Assembly: GCA_002269645.1 (NCBI GenBank)
Contig: NIVC01003640.1
Span: 22,208 to 86,207 of the forward strand
Direction: 5' to 3'
Origin: Macrostomum lignano
Lineage: Eukaryota
Length of the DNA stretch: 64,000 bases
Every line of letters starts with the position of its first letter. The first letter of the stretch is position 1. The notes beneath the pieces were generated by a model that was not told where the DNA came from, did not search any database, and saw only the letters and a program-made list of their open reading frames with translations. Positions 46,148 through 58,481 of the stretch are shown here, one piece after another. The position numbers and the translations under genes are program-made.

Positions 46148-46736
46148 CTGATGATAATAGCAATGATGCCAATCTGATGGTAGTCGTTTAACATAGCTAA
46201 AACAAGACTAGACATATATTATAGAGAAAATAAATAATGATATAGTAAGATAAATAGTCGTAAAAAATAAATTTACATTGCAAAGTTGCAAACATTGAGA
46301 AATATAACGGCTTGGAGATTTAGTGACTATCTGCTCTAGGCTGTGCAAAACTGCTTGTCGACAAGCGCCACACTGCTAAGGAGCCACCCGAAAGAGGCGA
46401 AATGGCCAGTTCTCAGAACACATTTTGCCTGCTTAGCGCATCCGCAAACCAAAAGCTTTTTTGGAAATCTCTAATTAAAAATGTTTCCGCGATCAGCAAG
46501 CAATACCTGCAACAGAATCACTCATCAACAGACAGGTTGATTTCTCATGAGAAGACTGAATTTTTAGGTTGTGACAAAGCGAGGTGAGAAACGGAGGCTC
46601 ACGTCACGATTTACAATCTCACTTTAGACGATCTCCTGATGGCAGAAATTTAACAAGCAAACGTCCCAGAAGTGGCTTCGGCTGGGATCAAGCCTGTCAA
46701 TTCGGATGCTGTACATTTTCACCGTGCCTCTTTTCT

Positions 46737-48242
46737 TCACAATCGAACGCCACCAGCAGCTGTCGGCACTGTCTCGGTCAGGTCTTGGATGCGAGTGTCC
46801 GGAAGACTGCGGGTCGGAAAGGCGGCAACGAGACAGGCGAGGCCGAGGGTGGCGAACCTGGCCGGCATGTACGGGATGAAGTTCACTAGCGGCGACAGCA
46901 TGCAGCCGGTCCGCAGGGTGGCCATCAGCAGCCCGAGTCCCGTGTTGCGTACCGCTGTCGGGTAGATCTCTGCCCCGACCGCCATGATGGCACAGAAGGC
47001 GATGTTCGAGAAGAACTTGCCGCTCACGGCCAGGAAGACCAAAAGAACCATGACACCAGTGCTGAGCTGTGTAGGCACAACGAAAAAAAATATTCCGATA
47101 AAAAAGCAACAGCAGAAGATTGCCACCCCGCTGAAAAACAGAGTGCGGCCCCGACTGAATATGTTCAGCAATGGCAGAGCCGGTGTCTCCACAGCGGCCA
47201 TGAGAGCGAAGGTGATATAGATGTTCGGTACGGCGTGGGTGATCACGAATGGAAAGCCGTAGTAGGCGAAGCCGCTGCTGAAACTGTACAGGCAAGTGGA
47301 TAACAAGCGGAATATCGACACCCTATCTGATAGCAGCTTCTTGATGGCAGTGCAGAGCGACCCTCCCAGCATCGCGCGAGGCCTCCCATGGTCTTTGGTT
47401 TGCTGAGTGTCGAGAAGCTCTCCGTTCTCTTCGAGCTGCAGCGACTCCTCACCTTGACCACCCGAGCTCAGACTGAGAACACTCTCTGGTAATGGGCGCC
47501 TGTTGATCCATGCAATCTTCTGCAGCGCTCGCCTCACCTTGACGGATTTCATTCTTTGTGAGAGCAGCCAGGACGGACTCTCGGGTAGGAAGGCGACCAC
47601 AAAGATTGACGGAATAATGAAGAAGCTGTTAGCGATCATCAGCCACTTGTAGTCTCGGAGGGAAAAGGCTAGAAAGGCCAGCAGGATGCCACCCACAGTG
47701 GTGCCAAGGTTAAAAGTCTTAACAAACCTGTCCCGGTGCTCCGTCATCAGCACCTCGTTGCCGTACACAAACATTGAACCGACGGTGCAGCTGACGAAGA
47801 ATCCACAGACAAGACGGCTGGCCAGGTGCAGCCAGAACTGCGGCGCTAGCGCGGCCAGCAGATTGGTGGCCAGAGTGCACAAAAGGCCGATCAGCAGTCC
47901 GGGAATTCGCCCGATGCTGTCCGAGGCCGGGCCAGCTATCAGCGAACCGGGGATACAGCCTGCGAGCAGCAAAACGCCGGATAACTCACCGAGAGAAGCC
48001 TGACTGTCGCACAGACCGTACTCGGCGCTGACGGACGTCGTGAAGCCGTGCTGGCTGCTGTTGGCCGCGGCGACAATGTCTTCTGCAGTCGCATTGGCGC
48101 TGCAGGTCATGAGGTTGTGGAAGGCACTGCCTGCGATGATCATCCCACAGAAGCCGCAGGTTAAGCAGCCAACAATGCATACGATCAGTTGGTAGAGGCC
48201 GAAGCCACCGATGTCGTTGAAGGTAGACTGTAAGTCAAGCAT
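46737..48242 (-). CDS. SLC22-like transporter, paralog 2 (intronless, 501 aa)
   Basis: Same motifs as paralog 1, with a shorter TM9-10 loop and a different C-terminal tail. Confidence 0.93.
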   Translation of the reverse strand: MLDLQSTFNDIGGFGLYQLIVCIVGCLTCGFCGMIIAGSAFHNLMTCSANATAEDIVAAANSSQHGFTTSVSAEYGLCDSQASLGELSGVLLLAGCIPGSLIAGPASDSIGRIPGLLIGLLCTLATNLLAALAPQFWLHLASRLVCGFFVSCTVGSMFVYGNEVLMTEHRDRFVKTFNLGTTVGGILLAFLAFSLRDYKWLMIANSFFIIPSIFVVAFLPESPSWLLSQRMKSVKVRRALQKIAWINRRPLPESVLSLSSGGQGEESLQLEENGELLDTQQTKDHGRPRAMLGGSLCTAIKKLLSDRVSIFRLLSTCLYSFSSGFAYYGFPFVITHAVPNIYITFALMAAVETPALPLLNIFSRGRTLFFSGVAIFCCCFFIGIFFFVVPTQLSTGVMVLLVFLAVSGKFFSNIAFCAIMAVGAEIYPTAVRNTGLGLLMATLRTGCMLSPLVNFIPYMPARFATLGLACLVAAFPTRSLPDTRIQDLTETVPTAAGGVRL

Positions 48243-49222
48243 TGCAGCAGCAGCAGCAGCAGCAGCAGTATATCAGGAAATGATGGTCGCGAGCTGGCTG
48301 ATAGCAGGAAGCTCTGTTATTTACTTTGTGTTTTATTTGTTTCACAGCGTTTTGTACATGTTGTTAGTAGTCACTTTTCAGTGTCATTTACACATGATAG
48401 TAAATAATGATTTATCTAACGCCCTTTGAGCTCTACCTTTGCTCTCTCTTGTGGTTAGCTCACGTGCGCCTCCTACTCATTCTAGCTGTCAGTAACAGCA
48501 TTTGTGCACCCAGAAGAGAAAAAGCTACATAAATACTTTTTAATGCAGCAGAAGCTGCTTGTTTCAACGCTTATCTCGCTTTTGGCGACTGCTCTCTTAT
48601 TGCTAAGCTCTCTCATATATGTTGCTCCTTTCAACTTTGGACCCTGTGGACTGAAATCACGACTCCATATAGGGGGCGAGTCAGTGTAGGGAGGAAGGGG
48701 AAAGAGAGGCAGACAGAGATCGAGCATCCACGCGTCCAAATACATCATGATCACTCAGTTGTTTACAGGTGGCAACTGGGCTCGGGATCGCACAATCGCA
48801 CAGTGCATGCAGCCTTCTATGTGTATAGCTAAACACGCTGGCAGGAGACCAACCCGTGAAACTTGTTCAGTGTTTAAGAACAGAGTTTCTGAGAGAGTGG
48901 AGAGAGAATGAGATAGAGGGGCGATAGAGGCAAATACACAGGCGAAAAGCGGCGAATAGGGAGCCGGAAATAGAGACAGAGAGAGGAAGCAGAAGAAAAA
49001 AAATGTTATTGGTATGCGTTTTTTATATCTCTGCAACGGACTTTCGTTTAAAATACAAAACGTTTCGCCCACTAATGCTTTCTTTCGTATGGCAGCTATG
49101 TTTATATAATATGTACTACATGTAGAGAAATTCTTTTCCTGCAAAAAAGTTCTTTATCCCATCGATGCATTCGTGTGCAATATTATCTCTCAGCATTCTT
49201 ATTTTGATTTTTCTGTAAAATT

Positions 49223-50755
49223 TCAAGCGACGGATGGCGGTGGCGGCTGTGGCCCATCGGTCGGCACTGTCTCGGTCAGGTCTTGGATGCGAGTGTCCGG
49301 AAGACTGCGGGTCGGAAAGGCGGCAACGAGACAGGCGAGACCGAGGGTGGCGAACCTGGCCGGCATGTAGGGGATGAAGTTCACCAGCGGCGACAGCATG
49401 CAGCCGATCCGCAGGGTGGCCATCAGCAGCCCGAGTCCCGTGTTGCGTACCGCTGTCGGGTAGATCTCCGCTCCGACCGCCATGATGGCACAGAAGGCGA
49501 TGTTCGAGAAGAACTTGCCGCTCACGGACAAGCAGACCAAAAGAACGATGGCACCAGTGCTGAGCTGTTCGTCTTCTGCCGCCGGCACTGTGGCGAAGAC
49601 GATGCCGATGAAGAAACAACAGACGACGGTGACCAGCGCGCTAACGAACAAAGTGCGGCCCCGACTGAATGTATTCAGGAGAAGCAGAGATGGTGGCTCC
49701 ACAGCTGCCATGAGAGCGAAGGTGATATAGATGTTCGGTACGGCGTGGGTGATCACGAACGTGAAACCGTAGTAGGCGAAGCCGCTGCTGAAACTGTACA
49801 GGCAAGTGGATAACAAGCGGAATACCGACACCCGATCTGATAGCAGTTTCTTGATGGAGGTGCACAGCGAGCCTCCTAGCATCGCGCGAGGCCTCCCATG
49901 GTCTTTGGTTTGCTGAGTGTCGAGAAGCTCTCCGTTCTCTTCGAGCTGCAGCGACTCCTCACCTTGACCACCCGAGCTCAGACTGAGAACACTCTCTGGC
50001 AATGGGCGCCTGTTGATCCATGCAATCTTCTGCAGCGCTCGCCTCACCTTCTTGACGGATTTCGTTCTTTGTGAGAGCAGCCAGGACGGACTCTCGGGTA
50101 GGAAGGCGACCACAAAGATTGACGGAATAATGAAGAAGCTGTTAGCGATCATCAGCCACTTGTAGTCTCGTAGGACAAAAGCCAGAAGAGCTAGCAGGAT
50201 TCCACCTACGGCAGTGCCAAGGTTGTACGTCTTGACGAATCTGCCCCGGTGCTCCGTCAGCAGCACTTCGTTGCCGTACACAAACACTGAGCCGAGAGTG
50301 CAGCTGACGAAGAAGCCGCAGACAAGACGGCTGGCCAGATGCAGCCAGAACTGCGGCGCTAGCGCGGCCAGCAGATTGGTGGCCAGAGTGCACAACAGGC
50401 CGATCAGCAGTCCGGGAATTCGCCCGATGCTGTCTGCTGCTGGACCGGCCATCAACGAGCCGGGTATGCAGCCGGCGAGCAGAAAGACGGCGGACAACTC
50501 TCCGAGAGAAGCCTGACTGTCACAGAGACCGTACTCGGCGCTGACGGACGTCGTGAAGCCGTGCTGGCTGCTGTTGGCCGCGGCGACAATGTTTTCCGCA
50601 GTCGCGTTGGCGCTGCAGGTCATGAGGTTGTGGAAAGCTCCACCAGCGATGATCATCCCGCTGGAGATCAGTGTGAAGCAGCCGACGATACAGACGAGAA
50701 GCTGGTAGAAGCCGAAGCCGCCAATGTCATGGAATGCAGCCTGCAAGTCGAGCAT
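49223..50755 (-). CDS. SLC22-like transporter, paralog 3 (intronless, 510 aa)
   Basis: Same motifs; intact ORF. Confidence 0.93.
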   Translation of the reverse strand: MLDLQAAFHDIGGFGFYQLLVCIVGCFTLISSGMIIAGGAFHNLMTCSANATAENIVAAANSSQHGFTTSVSAEYGLCDSQASLGELSAVFLLAGCIPGSLMAGPAADSIGRIPGLLIGLLCTLATNLLAALAPQFWLHLASRLVCGFFVSCTLGSVFVYGNEVLLTEHRGRFVKTYNLGTAVGGILLALLAFVLRDYKWLMIANSFFIIPSIFVVAFLPESPSWLLSQRTKSVKKVRRALQKIAWINRRPLPESVLSLSSGGQGEESLQLEENGELLDTQQTKDHGRPRAMLGGSLCTSIKKLLSDRVSVFRLLSTCLYSFSSGFAYYGFTFVITHAVPNIYITFALMAAVEPPSLLLLNTFSRGRTLFVSALVTVVCCFFIGIVFATVPAAEDEQLSTGAIVLLVCLSVSGKFFSNIAFCAIMAVGAEIYPTAVRNTGLGLLMATLRIGCMLSPLVNFIPYMPARFATLGLACLVAAFPTRSLPDTRIQDLTETVPTDGPQPPPPSVA

Positions 50756-53610
50756 GGCTGTATTAAAATGATAGCAACAAGCTTCTATTGCTTTTGTCTG
50801 CAGTTTGAGTCAGTGCGTGCGGGAATGTTTTTGAGCTCAAAATGTTTTGCTTAAGGAGAGAATAGAAAAAAATTGCATAAGTACTTTCTCTTTGTGTAAC
50901 AGCAGCTGCTTGTTACAGAACGTGTGCCAACTTTATAAAATAAATTGCTGTGTTGCTCTTCGGTCCTTCTCTGTGGAAAGAAATTAGGAGAGACAGAGAC
51001 AGAAGTGGATAGGTGAGCACATCCAAGTCCCCGGCGAGGCGAGACAATATATTATCATCATGGCTTTGTGTCTAATTGCATGCTGAGAGTGAGGTGGTCG
51101 AACTGACCTAAAAGAGTTTTGAGTTTAGGTCACAGGTGAAGGTGCACGGGGCCATGTGTACACCAGAATTTCATCAGTTAGCGAAGCAGTCGTAGAGAGC
51201 TGAAGGCACAGATAAGAACATAGGATGATTAGAAAAAAAAGCATTCAGCCCGCTAATAATACAAGCCATGACTGCGGCAGTCAGAGACGGCAGCATTTCA
51301 ATATAGGCGATGACGAAAGCAATGTAAAACAAAGCCAGTAATTTTTTAGCGAATCGGACCGGACGTTCTGGAGTGGCTTCGATGGACTTCGATGCTAAAT
51401 TAAAAGAATGGTAATCTTCACTGCTTTAGATCAAAGGCAATCATCATATGATAAAAAATGATTTTTCCTATCACCATTTTTCCACGAAGTTGACCTCCAA
51501 AAAATTACACCATCTTTGTAATTTTTCCCGTGTCCTGTTATACTACAGCGGTCCTTGCCCCACCCTTTGTCGTGGCTAAAAAGGTATGGCCCAAATTGGC
51601 TAATTGCATGTAGATTTTCTAATGTTGAGTTGTAGTTGCTTGGTATAGCTTGCCCCCCCCCCTACAAGTGGTCCTTGCTCGCGAGCTCAGTTGTCAGCAA
51701 AGTGAGCATAATTAATTATTGTTGTATTGTATTTGCTTGACTGGAGGTCGACTCTCTTGCAGCGATGAACTCATAGGCAAAGCGCCTGAGGCAGCGCTGG
51801 ATTCTACCGCTGTACTTATGACTAAGTGACTAGCTGATTGACTATTGAAATATTGACTGTACATCCAGTGTACCCACCACCCCGATTTCGTACCCCGTGC
51901 GCCCCGCCACCCCAATGCGTTAATAATTATATATTGAGCTTCGTTTGTGTTAGCATCGTTTATGATTAATATATCGAGACTGAGACATCGTTTATTTACA
52001 ATACCAAATCATCGTGTTGCTCAGTTGAACTCTTAATTAAACGACGCGACAGCGCCTTTTTATGTATTTTATGCTTTGGTTTTATTAGTTAACAAAACCC
52101 TACTTGTTTGCGTCGCCTTGACCTTGCATGAGCTCTTGGAGAGCCAGGAGGGAGTCGCTTTGGGGGTTGGCCTCCGGGCTGACTATATGCGTGCGTGGGG
52201 TTGTGGGCCTTGGCGTTCGTGTTTGGTCTTGGTCCAAAGGCTTTAGCCTCGCGGCCGTTTTAGTTTTAGCGTCCTGCTAATTGCCCAATTTTTTGGATGC
52301 TGAAGATAAGCTGTGAAGTGCGAACATTTTCTCGCTTCGCCGCGCTGGCGTGTTTTATTAGATCAGCTCATATGCCTGCAGTTCTAATAAGAGACAGTAA
52401 ATAGGACTGCACAGCTAACAAAACCAAAAGTGAGGGCCCGGCCCCGTGGTAAACAAATTAGGACAGGGGGGCAGGGGCAGGCTAAGATCCCCCTCACCCA
52501 CCGCCCCAAACAGCAGCTTCAACCCCCTGCCCCCACCAGCCAATCAACGACACCGCGAGGAAAATAACAAAGCAGCCGCAGCCAATCAGCGCCCAGTAAA
52601 CAAGCGATACCAAGAAGGCCTGACTGCAGAATCGTGGCAGCACGGCCAGCATGAAGGAAGATGGGTGGTGTTAGAGTCAGTCTGCTATATATTAGACCAT
52701 ATTACGCAGTCGAGACGCATGGGGGCCGGCTATTGGTACTCTCTGCGTTTCTGGTACGAGGCACTCCGTCCTCTTCCAGTGTCTCCCCAGTCCCCACACT
52801 GTGTAGCATCAGCCACAATCCGTTATAAATATCTATATATGTTGGCTTCATCAGGTCAAGTATGATGGAGCTGGAGTCTGCTGTGCCAACATTACACGCA
52901 CGCGTGTACATACCAATTGAGCCATGTAAGGCAAGGAAGACCTTGAAAACACTTTTAACACCGCATGACATAAGCACTATTGTCACCATCTACCGTGACG
53001 CCCGTGTGCCCTACTCATCTGGGCTGCCAGTCGGCCCTCTGTTGTGTTGCGACACAGAAGTCTTATGTTTCCAGATGCTTGTATGGATATAGAGCAGCTG
53101 TGTAGTTATAAGTGCTCTTTAACACTCGTTTATTAGTCGTGTCCATAGACATAAATCAAACACACAGAGAATGAGTCTATGAGTCTATCATAACATAACA
53201 CTATGCATCAGATGGAGATTTGAAAACGTCAATCATAGGCCATACACGATTAGGACAGCCACCCGATAGACTTTAACGTCAACGTCGTCAACCGGTTTAG
53301 ATATTGTCAGAGAGCTTGCATTTTGTATTTTTTTGGTGTCGGTGAAAAGAAAACAGTTAACGTTTTCAGGCCGAAATCTCTGCTATCAATCTTTGTCCCA
53401 CGCTGTAAGCTCATTATTCATTTCTTAAAGCCGTTTCACATTAATACTAGTAGCTGTGTGGGTCAAAGATTGCTCATATTAATGCATTTGATTCAGACCA
53501 ATTTTAATATTAATTTGAGCAATATTCGACCCCCGCAGCTGACTATAGCGTTAATGTGAACACAGGCCTTTATCTCTCAGTCTGCTATCTAAATCTCTGC
53601 CGTTCCTGAG

Positions 53611-53727
53611 GGTTGTATAGCTTAGTGGTGAGAGCATCGGACTCACTCACGACTGAAAGGTCTGTGGTTTTATCCTCAACCCACTCGAAACAATTCGTGT
53701 CCTTGAGCAAGACACTTAACTCTGCAT
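53611..53727 (+). mobile_element. tRNA-derived SINE, 5' half (split by the Crypton)
   Basis: A box TAGCTTAGTGG, degenerate B box GGTTTTATCC, then GTGTCCTTGAGCAAGACACTTAACTCTGCAT, collinear with the 30203-30472 copy. Confidence 0.75.
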
Positions 53728-56189
53728 TGTCCAGAAGACACAGCCTGGCGTAATGACAAACTCAACTGGCCATTATTTCAGCTTTAACAGACGTTTGAAC
53801 CATAGACGATTAGTTAAAGTATTCATATATTAACTGGCATAAGGGAATAATGTTCACAGTAATGATAATCACAACAATAGTAATATTAGTGAGAAGAAAA
53901 ATGATAGTCAAAACTATTTAGCCACAAAACTATTTAGCAGAAAACGCGCCTAACACAAAAACAACATAGTAGTCGTAGTCTGTTCATCAGAAGTTGCTCA
54001 TTAAAAATGAAATGTGCAATCCTTGAAGTGGCAATTCTCTAAAAACCGAACTGCACTTTCTGAATCCATCCGACCTGCAGATTAATGGGTATTGTAAAAA
54101 ATTCACTGTTTCTATATAACCAATAGTATAGCCGCTATACTAATTTACTAATTTACTAATTTGCTAATTTACTTACAACTTAATGTACATGTACTTACCA
54201 TGCTTCATCCGCGTCTCCTGTCTCACGTCCACTGAAGCATAGGGGGTTGCACTGCTAGTTGTGACAACACTTTGCTTATTTGCCAGTGTCTCATGCTGCT
54301 CAGATGCTCTCTTCAGAGCACTGCTTATCGCTGTCGAGGCTGCACGCACGGCTCGGTCCCGTTTATGTGACTAGTACCTACGGACAGTTCGTTCGCTTTT
54401 CTGGCCTGTGATACACATTATGTCGCTCATGTCATGTCCAGCATCACGGAGATCTGATATCCTGGTGACCCGAATGCAGTGGTTTGAGTAGACACGGGAT
54501 AGAGCACATGTTTGGCTTAATTTCTGCATGAAGCCAGCCATCCAATTAAATCCTCGAACCATCTTGTCTGAGAAGCGAATCCGTTGAATAATCGTTGGCT
54601 AATGGTTTAGGGAAAAAGCTGTTGTCCCTCGTGTTCTCCGGCAGCAGGGCAGCATACCGCAATACAAGATCACGTTGCTCGCCGTACAATCGAGACTGCT
54701 TGCGGACGTCGTCCTTGCAGCGGTTGGGATCAGCGGACTGGTTTTTGGTAGGCATGGCAGGCAGCTCCAAATAAGGATTTTCGTCGGCGTCGGTCTTTTC
54801 CTGCAGGGTTCCCTTTCTACGCATCTGCTTTAGGTGCTCCTGCCCCTTTCACCAAACACGTAGAGGATAGTAAATAGGACTTCATTTTGCAACTTCTCAC
54901 CCGTGCTCCTGTCGAAGTAGTCTCGCAGCTTCGCTAAATCTCCTTCATTGATAGGCTCGTACTGAGTGGTCACACCGCCACTGTTGTGGAACTCGCGAAC
55001 CGTCACTCTCAACATTCTGTTGGCACTCTCAAAATCGGTTCCACTCACCAGATTGATAGCACGATGCTTGACCAGATGGAGGTACCGTTGGATGCCTGCC
55101 CGAACGCATACAAGAGTAGCTGGAGCGTAGGGCTCTCCGGTCGTTTTTTTCAAACCGAAATAGTAGTATCGAAGGTACTCGTTAAGCTTCCAGGAAGGCA
55201 TCGTGACGCAATCCTCTGCAGTATTGTCCTGCAAGAACTTTTCAAAGGCTCCACCATGTCGCATCATTTGCTCCCTAGACGTTCTTGGCAACGACTGGAT
55301 TTCCACGGCGTCAAGGTTGACTCCATCTTCGGCGGGAGGCAGCTCCGGCAAGTCTCCAGAATCAGCCAGTGGATCTTCGAGCCACTTGATAAATGAACTC
55401 AATTCTACATCCTGTTGATGCTCCTTTGCACTTAGCTCGAATAGTAGTTCTAACTCATATCTAGATACTCCGTTAAGGCTGTCCACGGGAAGATGCGACC
55501 AATTGATAAGCGCCATAGCCGAAAAAAGAAAAGACAGCTCTGTTAATCCTCGATCTCGACTATCTCTACTTCTCGTCAGCTCAAGCCTATCATCAGCTTA
55601 TTCATTTATAGTCTATGGCCCAACAGCTTTTTTATTTATAGTCTATGGCCCAACCACCGCCCTCTTTACGCAGTCGCACGCACGCAGACTCTTACCCTGA
55701 AATAATGACCGCTTCCGGCACGCTGAAATAATGGCCAGGCTGTGTCTTATAGACAATGACGTTGCGTAGTAGGGGCTGAAATAATGGCCAAACACGAGTG
55801 CGCGTAGCATTACGCCAGGCTGTGTCTTCTGGACAATGCATTGTTTGTAGTAATATATTGTTCTGCATTAAAAATGTGAATAATGATCGTCAAATTACTA
55901 AACAATGCATTTTTTGTAGTAATGGATTGTTCTGCATTAAAAATGTGAATAATGATCGTCAAATTGCTAAATAATGGTAGATTGCGTAGTAGGTAAGGGG
56001 CTGAAATAATGGCCAAACACGAGTGCGCGTAGGATCTGCCATTGTCTGTAGGATCGTCAAACAGAAAAACAATGCAAAGAATCGGCGGTCGCAGCACGTG
56101 ACAACGATTTGTCTATGGCTCGCGACTACCGGCGCTCGCCAGACAATAGTTGTCACGCACTGGGACCGCTGATTATTTATCCATTGCAT
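53723..56189 (-). mobile_element. Crypton-type tyrosine-recombinase DNA transposon (~2.46 kb) inserted in a SINE
   Basis: The SINE halves resume on both sides. TGCAT direct repeat at 53723-53727 and 56185-56189; 33-bp perfect inverted repeat at 53723-53755 / 55808-55840; DUF3504-like YR gene inside. Confidence 0.8.
54001..55516 (-). pseudogene. Crypton tyrosine recombinase (DUF3504 / KCTD1-ZMYM-QRICH1-related), two frameshifts and a nonsense codon
   Basis: LRYYYFGLKKTTGEPYAPATL..RAGIQRYL; FGERGR(E)HL (1-nt deletion ~54840); (W)FSDKMVRGFNW (1-nt deletion ~54570); YSNHCIRVT; ITGQKS..RRY*. Donor G|GTAAGT at 54198 and a terminal LENCHFKDCTFHF* segment ending at 54001. Confidence 0.82.
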
Positions 56190-56379
56190 GCTTCAGTTCA
56201 CCCAGCTGTAAAATGAGTTGGGTAACAGCATTAGCTGGGGTAATTGAGGGTGTGTACGAGCGTAAATGGCGACTCCCCAACCGTACGCAGGCTTCAGAGA
56301 TGCGCCGCGCAATAGCTGCGGCTGAGCTGTCGGTTGCACATCTGGCCCGATTGGGGCAGGGGTAATCAATTATTATTAT
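56190..56379 (+). mobile_element. tRNA-derived SINE, 3' half
   Basis: CTTCAGTTCACCCAGCTGTAAAATG...GGGGTAATTGAGGGTGTG...GGGCAGGGGTAATCAAT(TAT)n aligns with the 3' half of the 30203-30472 copy. Confidence 0.75.
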
Positions 56380-57184
56380 GTCCCAGGCGCACCCCTCTCT
56401 CCTAATTGGCCTTAATCGCACAGCGAAGTTGTACACTGCACTCCTTTAAATTATTTCACCTTCAACCCTCTGTGTGTGCAACCTCCCAGAACCAGCTGAC
56501 TTAGCTCGTACTTATATATTAGGTGGTATTGGTACTTATTAGGGACCTTATCTGATTCTGATAAAGGCTGTTCTGACCTACTTTATTCAAATTACCGCAA
56601 TTAGCTTGGGTTTTCTTATCTATTGTCTACGGCAAACAGCTCATTATATTCTGTCGCTTGCTCTGTCGCTGTTAAAAAATTCCCAACCAAGTTAGTCTGT
56701 TTTAAAAAAGCCTGCAGAACATTACGGTCAAAATTGACTAGACGTATGGCCTCGATGGCATCCTGGGCAGCGAGCTCAAGGACCAGCTCGCCAAGGAACT
56801 GAAAAATACAGACACGCTCATTATTCGTCGTCGGGTCAGCTTGTGTGCCCTCCCATAAACTGCAATCCTTCTGAGTGGGTAACGGACAAGCTGGCTCGTC
56901 CTGGTTAAAGACGGGCTTACTTGACTCAGCTGCATCCGGATGCAGTGAGGAGGCGTTTCCGCCCAGTTTGCTAACCCCTGGCGACCACGGGCAGCTGGTG
57001 CTGCGGTTTCGCGCAGGGAGTTCCGGTGGTGCCGGTGTCCGCAGCGCGGTCCCCCTCCGGAGAGTCCAGGAGGTGGATGGTCGCTCGCCCGCGGTGGCCC
57101 TTAGGTAGCGGACGATCGCTGGCGGTCCGGGTTTGGGCCGAGGTAGGCGAGTCTGTCCTGAGTAAAGGCGAGGCATTAACAGAT

Positions 57185-57603
<419 letters not shown>

Positions 57604-58481
57604 TCACATCTCTCGTGCTTGAATGTCGCCCACCGGTTAACCCGGGAGATGACAGCGGCGGTACCACAATGGTGGCAATGGTTCGGGAGCCGAAGGCAAG
57701 GCTGCCAGAAATTGAAAAACCGGGTCCAAACTCAGGATGCCAAATTGAAATCCCGGATGCTAGCTGGCATCAGTCGAAAAAATCAAAATCAATTAATAAT
57801 GCTGAGCCTCTCTTAATCTGCAGATGTCGCAGAAGTCTGCAGACTTCATATCTACAGATTACTCAAATTAATAGAATTCTTGAACCCTCAATAATCATTT
57901 ATTGATACTTCGAATGATATGTGAATTTAAGAAAATTGGAACTTAAATTAAATCCAGCAGCACATAGTCTGGAAAAGTAGGGTGCCAAATTGGCATCCGG
58001 GGTCCGAATTCAGGAGGCCAAAATTTAAGATGATGATAACGACACGCCATGACAAAAAACGATAAAAATGTTTAAACCAGCCAGCAAGACTGTCATCAAG
58101 TTCGTTGCCTCGGTGCCCGAGTGCCCATTATGGACACTTTGCTCGAGGAGCCTAAGCGGACGAGTTGCGACTGCATAAGCAATCGAGGATGAGCAGGAAG
58201 TGGTACGGGGTGTAGATAGTGCAGAGTAGGAAGTGAGCAATTGTGACAAAAAATTAACTAGTTCCAGAACTCAAATTTTGTTCCTAAGCATCTATTCCGT
58301 TTTTCTGAGCCTTCAGCTAAACCAGAAATACTTTCCATAAGACCTGATTTTGAAGTACTTCAGCTTACTGAGTGAGCATTAAAGTCTATCAACTTAATGT
58401 TAAAACCACAGTGGTTCACTTGAGTATCTGAGCTCTTATAAAATTCATTCTCAGCCTTCTGGTTTGGCTCAACTTCAAAAT

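Noticed and set aside
53611-53685. tRNA gene
   Set aside because: The B box is degenerate, there is no clean cloverleaf, and it continues into the SINE body shared with 30203-30472.
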